From: an uncultured beta proteobacterium
GTDB lineage: Bacteria > Pseudomonadota > Gammaproteobacteria > Burkholderiales > Burkholderiaceae_C
Assembly: GCA_903906695.1 (NCBI GenBank)
Contig: CAIVLG010000260.1
Location: 715-64,714, forward strand
DNA length: 64,000 bases
Reading direction: 5' to 3'
The position numbers and the translations under genes were made by a program. The notes beneath the pieces are model-generated. The model had not been told where the DNA came from. It did not search any database and saw nothing but the letters and a program-made list of their open reading frames with translations. Numbering within the stretch: the stretch's first letter is position 1; the number at the start of each line of letters is the position of its first letter. Of the stretch, positions 45,353 to 53,970 are shown piece by piece.

Positions 45353-45655
45353 ATGATTCTTGAACTCGCCGACATCCGCATCCACCCTGGTCAGAACGCT
45401 GCCTTTGAAGAAGCCATTGCACGCGGCTTGCAAGGCGTCAGTCAGGAGGTCAAGGGGTTTCAGGGTCACAAGGTCAACCGCGGCATTGAGAATCCGCAGC
45501 GCTACGTTCTCCAGATCTTCTGGGACACGCTGGAAGACCACACTGTCGGTTTTCGGCAGTCGAGCGCCTTCACCGCCTGGCGCGCCATCGTCGGTCCATT
45601 CTTCGCCGGCCCTCCGGTGGTCGAGCATTTCGAACTCGTTAGCAAATCAGCTTGA
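45353..45655 (+). CDS. Antibiotic biosynthesis monooxygenase (ABM) family protein
   Basis: MILELADIRIHPG, WDTLEDHTVGFRQS; RBS GGAGA. Confidence 0.85.
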   Translation: MILELADIRIHPGQNAAFEEAIARGLQGVSQEVKGFQGHKVNRGIENPQRYVLQIFWDTLEDHTVGFRQSSAFTAWRAIVGPFFAGPPVVEHFELVSKSA

Positions 45656-45670
45656 AGAAAGAAGAACGCC

Positions 45671-46366
45671 ATGAACTTTGTTTTCAACCCCGCTCCCGTC
45701 GTCTCGGTCCCGGTACTGGGCAGCGAGTTGCGCTTTCCGGTGCACCGGATCTACTGCGTAGGACGCAATTACGAGGAACACGCCAAAGAGATGGGCTTCA
45801 GCGGCCGCGAGCCGCCCTTCTTCTTCATGAAACCAGCCGACGCTGTGATCGTGGTCAACGCCGGTGAGACGGGCAGCATGCCCTACCCCACCCTGACCAA
45901 AAACCTGCACCATGAAATCGAACTGGTCGTCGCCATCGGCAGCGGTGGCAAGAATATCAAAGCGGTTGACGCGCACAAGCACATCTTCGGTTACGCAGTG
46001 GGCCTGGACATGACACGCCGCGATCTGCAAAACGAAATGAAAAAGCAGGGTCGTCCCTGGTGCATTGGCAAAGGCTTTGACCATTCGGCACCGATCGGTC
46101 CGATCACGTCCGTCGCCGCAGCGGGTGACATCGGCAGCGCCGAGATTTACTTGCAAGTCAATGGCCAGGATCGCCAGCGCAGTCAGATCTCCAAACTGAT
46201 CTGGAACATCGCAGAGACCATTGAACATCTGTCGGCCGCCTGGGAACTGAAGGCCGGCGACCTGATCTACACCGGCACGCCGGAGGGCGTTGCCGCGGTC
46301 GTCGCTGGCGACACCATGACCGGCGGCGTGGCCGGATTGCAGGCCATTACGGTCAAGGTCGGATAG
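45671..46366 (+). CDS. Fumarylacetoacetate hydrolase family protein
   Basis: IYCVGRNYEEH, FFMKP, HHEIEL, GKGFD, TGTPEGV. Confidence 0.92.
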   Translation: MNFVFNPAPVVSVPVLGSELRFPVHRIYCVGRNYEEHAKEMGFSGREPPFFFMKPADAVIVVNAGETGSMPYPTLTKNLHHEIELVVAIGSGGKNIKAVDAHKHIFGYAVGLDMTRRDLQNEMKKQGRPWCIGKGFDHSAPIGPITSVAAAGDIGSAEIYLQVNGQDRQRSQISKLIWNIAETIEHLSAAWELKAGDLIYTGTPEGVAAVVAGDTMTGGVAGLQAITVKVG

Positions 46367-46388
46367 CGCCGTACTCCACACCGCTGCC

Positions 46389-46934
46389 ATGCTTCGCAAG
46401 CCCATCAAACACTGCAAGGACTGCGGCGCTGCCGCGGTCTACCGCATTCCGGATGATGGGGACACGAAAGAACGTGCGGTCTGCCCGGCCTGTCATACGG
46501 TTCACTATGAGAATCCTTTGATTGTGGTGGGAACCATTCCCTATTGGCACAACAAAGTGCTGCTGTGCAAACGAAATATCGAGCCACGCTGGGGCAAATG
46601 GACATTGCCGGCCGGCTTCATGGAACTGGCCGAAACCGTTGCCGAGGGCGCTGCGCGCGAGACCTTGGAAGAATCGGGTGCGCAATTCGAATTGGAAGAG
46701 TTCTTTTCGCTGCTCAACGTGGCTCATGTCGGTCAGGTCCACATGTTCTACCGCGCCCGCTTGTTGAATGATCGCTTCAATCCCGGTTTCGAAACCATCG
46801 AGGCGCGTCTGTTTGCCGAAGAAGAAATCCCCTGGGACCAGATTGCCTTCCGAACCGTCAGGGAAACACTGCTGCACTACTTTCGGGACCGCGCGGCCGG
46901 TCAGTTCAACTTTCATGCCGTTGACATTGTCTGA
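46389..46934 (+). CDS. NUDIX hydrolase with N-terminal zinc ribbon
   Basis: CKDCG...CPAC, Nudix box GFMELAETVAEGAARETLEE. Confidence 0.9.
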   Translation: MLRKPIKHCKDCGAAAVYRIPDDGDTKERAVCPACHTVHYENPLIVVGTIPYWHNKVLLCKRNIEPRWGKWTLPAGFMELAETVAEGAARETLEESGAQFELEEFFSLLNVAHVGQVHMFYRARLLNDRFNPGFETIEARLFAEEEIPWDQIAFRTVRETLLHYFRDRAAGQFNFHAVDIV

Positions 46935-47101
46935 CATGGATTCAGCAAACCTGGTTCAGGTCAAGGTATGGTTTTACCGCGCTGGCACTTACCTGCTGAT
47001 CAACTTCGTTGACGACCCAGCCTGGTTGGCACTGATATTTTGCTAAAAGGTATGGCCCCCGGGCTTGTCATTGCGATTGGCACGTCCAATTCAGTTGACG
47101 A

Positions 47102-47998
47102 TTGTCAGTCGTGTTGCCGCGCCACGCCGACATCGCGAAATACGCAGCCAAGGCAGCGGGTAAGAACCAGTGCGTGTTTTTTACAAACCAGATGTACCAG
47201 CGGGTGCAGGAACGCATGACGATGGAGCAGGCACTGCGCCAGGCCGTAGCCGACGAGAGTCTGGAGGTCTGGTTTCAACCTGTCGTCGAGCTCACGACCG
47301 GGCGCGTGATGGCGCTCGAAGCACTGGCCCGCTGGCTCCGTGCGGATGGCTATTGCCCGCCCAGTCAGTTCATTGGGATCGCTGAAGAATCCGACTTGAT
47401 CCACTCTTTGGGCCTGATGATCGCGAAAAAATCGGTAGCCGCACTGGCTGTGATTCGCGAAGCACATCCATACATCACGATGGGCGTCAACCTCTCGGTG
47501 CGGCAGCTGCGAAACAAGCAGACACTGGCGCTGCTCTGTGAGCTGGTGGATGCGCAGCAACTGCCACGCGACAGTGTGCACTTTGAAGTGACCGAAAGCG
47601 ATGTTGCAAAAGACTTTCTGCTGCTCGAAGAACACCTCAATCTCTACGTGCGGGCCGGCTTCTCGCTGCACCTCGATGATTTCGGCACCGGTCAATCCTC
47701 GCTGCATCGCTTGCAGGGCTTGCCTGTGTCGACCCTGAAAATCGATAAATCATTTGTCGATCTGATCGAAACAGGTGACGAACGCTTCGTCAAAACCATT
47801 CTCCTGCTGAGCCAGCAACTGGGCCTGGCCGTGATCGCCAAGGGTGTTGAAACCCAACATCAGCGCGACCGCTTGCAGGCCTTGGGCTGCCAGTTCATCC
47901 AGGGCTACTTCTACGCCGAGCCCATGTCCTTGCCTGACTTACTGAAGTTCTTGACCAGTCAAGCCGAACCGACGCTCCCCGAAAACCCTGACGCCTGA
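47102..47998 (+). pseudogene. Truncated GGDEF-EAL gene: EAL domain plus last helix of GGDEF, probably inactive
   Basis: Starts with the GGDEF C-terminal helix remnant LPRHADIAKYAAKAAGKN. LEALARW, FEVTE, DDFGTG and KID are present, but IAKGVET replaces the catalytic AEGVET. TTG start with no clear RBS. Confidence 0.65.
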
Positions 47999-48003
47999 AG
48001 ACC

Positions 48004-48186
48004 ATGTTCATCACAGGTCTGCTGTGGGCACATCTGGTGCTGTTTGGTCCCTTGCTGATGAAGGCGGCTTTTGATGGCGACATCAGCCACTTCAGCCTCG
48101 CCATCGGTGCGTTCGGTGCCGTTGCTTTGCTTGGCGCCAATGGATTGCTGGGTGTCAATGAAGGACGCGACAGGCGGGCGTGCTGA
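48004..48186 (+). pseudogene. Short MFS-transporter-like fragment
   Basis: 60-aa hydrophobic stretch GLLWAHLVLFGPLLMKAAFDGDISHFSLAIGAFGAVALLG resembles MFS TM7-TM8; stops early. Confidence 0.4.
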
Positions 48187-48292
48187 ACTGGCTGGTTCCC
48201 GAATAACGCTTTGTGTTGGCTGGCGCACAGAGTCCGACCAGCCGCTTTGGTCAAATCGTCGGAACTGCACAATTTGATCACTAAGACTCTCC

Positions 48293-50116
48293 ATGACGTT
48301 CAGTGAAGGAACGACGGCAAAAATAGGCCTGACAGCCGAAATGACGCAAAAGGCGCTTGAAGCTTTGCGCGTGCATCAAGTTGAGCTGCAAATGCAAAAC
48401 GAGGAGTTGCGCCAGATACAGCACAAGCTGGATGCGGAGCGCGAGCGCTACTTCGACCTCTACGATCTGGCGCCAGTAGGCTATTGCACCATCAGCGCAG
48501 CGGGGTTGATACTCGAAGCCAACCTTAGCCTCGCCACCATGCTGGGTGTGGCGCGCGTTCACTTGGTCCAGCATCGGCTCAGTCACTATCTGCATGGCGA
48601 CGACAGCACGACCATCTACTACCAATTTTGCAAGCAACTGCTGGCAAGCCGCATGGCGCAAACTTGCGAGTTACAAATGGCGTCCAAGAGTGGCCAGCCG
48701 TTCTGGACCAGACTGATGGCCACCGCAATGCCAGGCAAGAACGATGAAGTCGTGCTGCGCATCGTTCTGAGCGACATCACTGAGCAACGCAGAACCACCA
48801 GGCAACTGGAGGAGGTGAGCGCGGAGCAGGCCGCCATTCTCAACAGCGACATTGTTGGCATCATCCGGCTCAAGGACCGAAAATTCGTCTGGGTCAATGG
48901 CCTGTTTGCTCGTCTGCTGGGTTACGCGCCGGACGAACTGATCGGTCAGCCAAGCAGTATTTTCTATGCCAGCGAGGAAGAAGCGCTGGCTTTGGCAAGA
49001 GCCGCTTACCCAGTCATAGCCAGCGGACACCTGTTTCACGCCGAACAACGATTCATGCGCAAGGACGGTGGACCGTTCTGGGCCGAAGTCAGTGCCTGCC
49101 TGCTCAAGCCGGGCAGCCAGGAATCGATCTGGTCATTTATTGACATCAACGAACGCAAGCGGATGCAGGCGGCGCTGAGCACAAGCGAAGCGCTTTTCAA
49201 GCTCATCTTCAACGAAGCGCCGCTGGGCATCGCCTTGACCGACAGCGCCACTGGCCATATTCAGGTTGTCAATCCGATGTTTGCCAGAATCGTGGGCCGC
49301 AGCGTCGAAGAAATATCCCGGATTGACTGGATGAGCATCACGCATCCGGACGACCTGCAAGAGGATATGGACAAAATGGCCTTATTGAAGACCGGGAGAA
49401 TCACCGGATTCCGGGTCGAGAAGCGCTATCTGAGACCGGGTGGCGAGCCAGTCTGGATCAATATGACCATCGCCGCCCTGGAGCTGACCAACAATAACGC
49501 CGAGCGGCGCCATCTGTGCATCGTCGAGGACATCAGTGAGCGCAAGCGAATGGAAGAGCAGGTTCGACAATTCGCTTTCTTCGACGCGCTGACCGCACTA
49601 CCCAATCGCCGTCTGCTGATGGACCGGATGAGCCAAGCCATCAGCGCGTCCAAACGAAGCGGCTGCTACGGCGCCTTGATCTTCCTGGATCTGGACAACT
49701 TCAAACCGCTCAACGACCAGCACGGGCATGCTGCTGGTGACCTACTCCTAATCGAGGCGTCCCGTCGCCTCAATGAGGGCGTGCGTGCCGTTGACACGGT
49801 GGCGCGCTTGGGCGGTGATGAATTTGTGGTACTGCTGGGCAGCCTGAGCACGAACAAATTGGAATCCACCGCACAGGCCCGGCGTATTGCCGAGGCATTC
49901 CGCAGCAGTCTGGCCTTGCCCTATGTGTTTTCATCGCCGAGCAGTAACAGCGGCCCCGTTGCCATTGAGCATCACTGCAGCGCCAGCATCGGCGTGGTGA
50001 TGTTCAACACCGCTAGCCACGACCCGCAACAGCTCCTGAAATGGGCTGACGCCGCCATGTACCAGGCCAAGCAGGCGGGGCGCAACCGGGTCCAGCTTTA
50101 CGCCGGCAACACATAG
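48293..50116 (+). CDS. Diguanylate cyclase: coiled coil + 3 PAS/PAC + GGDEF
   Basis: HQVELQMQNEEL coil, three PAS/PAC units ending in SDITE, IDINE and EDISE, DALTALPNRR, FLDLDNFK, RAVD I-site, RLGGDEF. Confidence 0.92.
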   Translation: MTFSEGTTAKIGLTAEMTQKALEALRVHQVELQMQNEELRQIQHKLDAERERYFDLYDLAPVGYCTISAAGLILEANLSLATMLGVARVHLVQHRLSHYLHGDDSTTIYYQFCKQLLASRMAQTCELQMASKSGQPFWTRLMATAMPGKNDEVVLRIVLSDITEQRRTTRQLEEVSAEQAAILNSDIVGIIRLKDRKFVWVNGLFARLLGYAPDELIGQPSSIFYASEEEALALARAAYPVIASGHLFHAEQRFMRKDGGPFWAEVSACLLKPGSQESIWSFIDINERKRMQAALSTSEALFKLIFNEAPLGIALTDSATGHIQVVNPMFARIVGRSVEEISRIDWMSITHPDDLQEDMDKMALLKTGRITGFRVEKRYLRPGGEPVWINMTIAALELTNNNAERRHLCIVEDISERKRMEEQVRQFAFFDALTALPNRRLLMDRMSQAISASKRSGCYGALIFLDLDNFKPLNDQHGHAAGDLLLIEASRRLNEGVRAVDTVARLGGDEFVVLLGSLSTNKLESTAQARRIAEAFRSSLALPYVFSSPSSNSGPVAIEHHCSASIGVVMFNTASHDPQQLLKWADAAMYQAKQAGRNRVQLYAGNT

Positions 50117-51879
50117 CCACGCTGGCGAAACAGCGTCAGGCAGGCGTCCGCCACTCGTCCGTCAAAATGGCTTGGGTGCAAGCGGGTAATTTCTTCCAGC
50201 GCGGCGTCGATGCCGAGTGCGCTCCGATAGGGACGATGAGAACTCATCGCCTCAACCACGTCGGCGACGCACAGGATGCGCGCACCGAGCAGTATCTGCT
50301 CGCCCCGGAGTCCCTGCGGATAACCCGATCCGTCCATCAGTTCATGGTGTTGCAGAACCATCTGCGCAATCGGCCAGGGAAACTCAATGCCTTTGAGGAT
50401 GTCGTAACCAGCTTGCGAATGAACCTTGATCAGGCTGTACTCAATCGCGCTGATCTTGCCCGGCTTGCTCAGTATCTCGGCTGGCACCTGGGTCTTGCCC
50501 ACATCGTGCAGCAAACCCGCAAGGTGAATCGCATGCACTTCCTGCGCCGGCAATCCCATCTCACCGGCGATGGCTGCTGCCAGTGCGGCAACCCGCACCT
50601 GGTGGCCGGAGGTATAGGGGTCCCGCATTTCGACAATGATCGCAATCGCCCGCACCGTGTCTTCCAGGTTCTTCTCGAGCTGCGTCACGTGCTGTTCGTT
50701 CTTCTTCCACGCCAGATCGCGCTCCAGCCGGATGTGCACGGCCTCCACGCCGAAAGTCAGATCAGCGCTCATCTCTTCGAGCAGCATGACTTCAGCCGGA
50801 ACAAAGGCATTGACTTCGGCGGCATAGACGTGCAGCACGCCAAACACGGCTGCCTGGGCGTCCAGCAATGGCAAGGCAATGCAGGCGAGGTAACCGCGTT
50901 GCAGCGCGGCCTCGCGGCAGGGCAGAAAGAGTGGATCGCTGGCAATCTCCTGACAGAGTTGTGTCGTCGCGCTGCGCACCGCACGCCCACTCGGCCCCAT
51001 GCCGCGCTCGCCCGCCCCCCAGACATTGCACACCGCATCCAGATAGCCCTCATCATGACCCGCAGACGCCATCACCTTGATCGATTGCTGCTCATCGTGT
51101 TGGACATAGCCGACCCAGGACATGACATAAGCCTGCTGCCCGACGATGGCCTGACAAATGTGTTGCAGCAGTTCATCTTCATTCCTGACGTGGACCAGTT
51201 CCCGGTTCACGGCGACCAGATTGGCCAGGGCGCGGTTCACGTGCTCGGTCTTCACTTCAGCGCGCGTCTTGTCATCGACCACGCGTTGCAGCAGCTGACG
51301 TGACTGCTCGGATGCCACCAGCAACTCCTGCGCCAATTGCTCGCCAGCAATTTTGGCCGCGTTTTCCTTCTGCTCCCTCAGGTCGGTTGCTACCAGACAG
51401 AACAAGTCAGGCTCTAAGCCCCCGACCATGCGCGTGACGGAAATATAGATCGGAAGTTCAGTGCCGTCCGGCGCACTCAGTCGTAACTCGCAGCGCCGTG
51501 CCGCGTCGCCATCGGCCGCGAGCATGGACGCCAGAATGCGCTGCTGATCCGGCGCCAGCCAGCGCTCGATCGAGCCGCCAATCACCTGCTCCAGCGGCGT
51601 CTTGAGCATCTCGGCAAAGCTGCGGTTGGCATAAAGCGTGATGCCATGCGCCGTCAGCAACAGAGCGCCTTCAAACATTTCCTCGACCAGCTTGCGATAG
51701 ACCTCATCGGCGCCTTGGAGCGCAACCAGTTGCTCGCCAGCCGCGCTGGTGACCAGCAGCGCATCGACCTCGCCACCGTGCAGCGCGCGCACGAGATCCT
51801 CGGCCTGGCTCAGGCGCGCGCGCAAGGTCTTGTTCTCGGCTCGCAGTCGTTCTTCCGTGGTGGCTGATTTCGTCATCAT
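50098..51879 (-). CDS. c-di-GMP phosphodiesterase: coil-PAS-GAF-HD-GYP
   Basis: RDPYTSGHQVRV, LLHDVGK, HHELMDGSGYP, VADVVEAMSSHRPYR; PAS starting YRKLVEEMFEG; GAF ending SADLTFGV. Confidence 0.92.
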   Translation of the reverse strand: MMTKSATTEERLRAENKTLRARLSQAEDLVRALHGGEVDALLVTSAAGEQLVALQGADEVYRKLVEEMFEGALLLTAHGITLYANRSFAEMLKTPLEQVIGGSIERWLAPDQQRILASMLAADGDAARRCELRLSAPDGTELPIYISVTRMVGGLEPDLFCLVATDLREQKENAAKIAGEQLAQELLVASEQSRQLLQRVVDDKTRAEVKTEHVNRALANLVAVNRELVHVRNEDELLQHICQAIVGQQAYVMSWVGYVQHDEQQSIKVMASAGHDEGYLDAVCNVWGAGERGMGPSGRAVRSATTQLCQEIASDPLFLPCREAALQRGYLACIALPLLDAQAAVFGVLHVYAAEVNAFVPAEVMLLEEMSADLTFGVEAVHIRLERDLAWKKNEQHVTQLEKNLEDTVRAIAIIVEMRDPYTSGHQVRVAALAAAIAGEMGLPAQEVHAIHLAGLLHDVGKTQVPAEILSKPGKISAIEYSLIKVHSQAGYDILKGIEFPWPIAQMVLQHHELMDGSGYPQGLRGEQILLGARILCVADVVEAMSSHRPYRSALGIDAALEEITRLHPSHFDGRVADACLTLFRQRGYVLPA

Positions 51880-52202
51880 GCGAGAGGCCGAATATCCAGA
51901 CCGACCAGAACACGCGCGGTGTCCGACATATCGCCAACGAGCCGGCGCAGCGGCGGCGGCAGTTTCTTGATCAGGGTCGGCACCGCAACAATCTGTTCTC
52001 CCTTGGCCAGTTGCGGCTGCTGATAGAGGTCAATCACCACCAGCGCATAGCGTCCTTTGAGATGCTCCTCGCAGATTCTCCTGATATTGCCGATGGCGCG
52101 GACTGAATTGGTGGTCTGTCCGGCGACGTACAAACGCAGTACGTAGCGGTCTTCTCTTGCGCCACTTGACGCATCCCCGGATTTCACAACCGGTGTTTTC
52201 AT
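51876..52202 (-). CDS. kaiB: Circadian clock protein KaiB homolog
   Basis: YVLRLYVAGQT, IDLYQQPQLA, PTLIKKLPPPLRRLVGDMS; ATGA overlaps with both neighbours. Confidence 0.93.
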   Translation of the reverse strand: MKTPVVKSGDASSGAREDRYVLRLYVAGQTTNSVRAIGNIRRICEEHLKGRYALVVIDLYQQPQLAKGEQIVAVPTLIKKLPPPLRRLVGDMSDTARVLVGLDIRPLA

Positions 52203-53926
52203 TTCTTGTCCAGCGCAGTATCAGCCTGCCGGCTCAGGCCCATTTGGCCACGTTCCCGTGTCAGCTGCAGCGCCTGCGTCTGCTCCTGCCCGATCAGGCT
52301 CATGGTCTCGGTTGCCTGTGCCTCGAACTCGGCGCGCAGCGCTGTAATTTGCGCCTCCAGCGCGCCAAGTTTTCGCTCCACGCCACGCTGCTGGCGTTCA
52401 ACTCCCTGTGCGCGCAACAAGGCTTCCGCCTTTTCCTGCGCCTCCCGCGCCAGTCGCGCCGAGCCCGTCAACACACCGCTGGCGCCGACGTACACATCAC
52501 GCAATTCGACGCCGTGACTGGTGAGCAGGAACTCGCGGATCTGGTTAGAGTGCTCCATTCCGCGTGACTTCAGGATGTTCAAACTGCGGTTGCGTTCGCC
52601 ACCAAGTTCGATGTCGCGCAGAATGAGCCAGGTATCGATCAGCGACGAGACAGCGATGTCGGTTTGCTCAAGCGCCGAGCCGCCGGCTGTTAGATTGGTG
52701 AACAAGCCGGTGATTTGCCTGATCTTGAGGAAGTCCACCAGTCTCATGCACATGGCCTTGACTTCCGTGGCATTTCCGCCGACGACGAAACTGCTCAGGG
52801 GATCGATGGCGACCGCCTGCGGATCGAAGGCATTGATCGCCTTGTGCATCGTCGTCAGGTGCATCTCCAGCCCGCTGAAGCTGGGTCGATTTGCCTGGAA
52901 CTGCAGCAAACCCATCTTCACCCACGGTGCCAGATCGATGCCGATGGAACGCATATTGCGCATGATCTGGCTGGGTGACTCCTCAAAGGCAAAATACAGC
53001 GCGCGCTCACCGCGCCGGCAGGCGGCGTCGATAAAGTGTGCCGCCAGACTGGTTTTGCCTGTGCCGGCCGTGCCCGAGACCAGTACGCTGCTGCCACGGT
53101 AATAGCCATTGCCGCTGAGCATGGTATCCAGACGCGCAACGCCGGTAGAGATGTGCGCATTGCTGACCGGATGCTGCAAGCCCAGCGAGGTGATGGGCAG
53201 CACCGAGATGCCGTCTTCGTCAATCAGGAACGGATACTCGTTGGTGCCGTGGGTCGAGCCCCGATACTTGACGATGCGCAGACGTCGCGACGAGGTTTGC
53301 TCGCTGACGCGGTGATCGAGCACGATCACGCAGTCCGACACATATTCTTCCAGCCCCTGGCGCGTCAGGGTCATCTCGCCACGCTCACCGGTGATGATGG
53401 CGGTCACGCCTTTTTCTTTCAGCCAGCGAAACAGGCGGCGCAGTTCAGCGCGCAGGATGAGCTGATTTGGCAAACCGGCAAACAGCGATTCGATGGTATC
53501 AAGCACCACGCGCTTGGCGCCAATCTCTTCAATCGCTTGGCCCAGACGGATGAAGAGCCCTTGCAGATCGTATTCGCCGGTGGCCTCGATCTCGCTGCGC
53601 TCGATATAGACAAAGTCAACCAGCAACTTCTTCTTCCGAACCAGGTCTTTCAGGTCAAAGCCCAGCGAGGCCACGTTGGTCGTCAGCTCCTGCGCCGTTT
53701 CCTCAAAGGTCACAAAGACACCGGGCTCGTCGAACTGCCGCGCGCCGTTCACCAAAAACTCCATCGCCAACACCGTCTTGCCGCAGCCGCTGGGGCCGCA
53801 GACCAGCGTCGGCCGTCCCTGTGGCAAGCCGCCACCGGTGATTTCATCGAGACCCTGGATGCCGGTGGGCGCCTTCGGAAATGGCGGTCTTTTCTCTTGT
53901 TTCAAGTGCGGCTTTGCTCTTGGCAT
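52199..53926 (-). CDS. kaiC: Circadian clock protein KaiC homolog (double-domain, C-terminal coiled-coil tail)
   Basis: CI GPSGCGKT, FVTFEE, KYRG; CII GTAGTGKT, FAFEES, KSRG; phosphosite region AVSSLIDTW. Start 53926 has an AGAGGA RBS (53944 is the alternative). Confidence 0.94.
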   Translation of the reverse strand: MPRAKPHLKQEKRPPFPKAPTGIQGLDEITGGGLPQGRPTLVCGPSGCGKTVLAMEFLVNGARQFDEPGVFVTFEETAQELTTNVASLGFDLKDLVRKKKLLVDFVYIERSEIEATGEYDLQGLFIRLGQAIEEIGAKRVVLDTIESLFAGLPNQLILRAELRRLFRWLKEKGVTAIITGERGEMTLTRQGLEEYVSDCVIVLDHRVSEQTSSRRLRIVKYRGSTHGTNEYPFLIDEDGISVLPITSLGLQHPVSNAHISTGVARLDTMLSGNGYYRGSSVLVSGTAGTGKTSLAAHFIDAACRRGERALYFAFEESPSQIMRNMRSIGIDLAPWVKMGLLQFQANRPSFSGLEMHLTTMHKAINAFDPQAVAIDPLSSFVVGGNATEVKAMCMRLVDFLKIRQITGLFTNLTAGGSALEQTDIAVSSLIDTWLILRDIELGGERNRSLNILKSRGMEHSNQIREFLLTSHGVELRDVYVGASGVLTGSARLAREAQEKAEALLRAQGVERQQRGVERKLGALEAQITALRAEFEAQATETMSLIGQEQTQALQLTRERGQMGLSRQADTALDKK

Positions 53927-53970
53927 GGTTGGGATCCTCTTCATGACTCATTCATGTGGCTCACCAGAAG

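Noticed and set aside
46936-47046. 36-aa hydrophobic ORF after the NUDIX gene (…DDPAWLALIFC), possibly another MFS piece
   Set aside because: Too short for the resemblance to be trusted without blastx.
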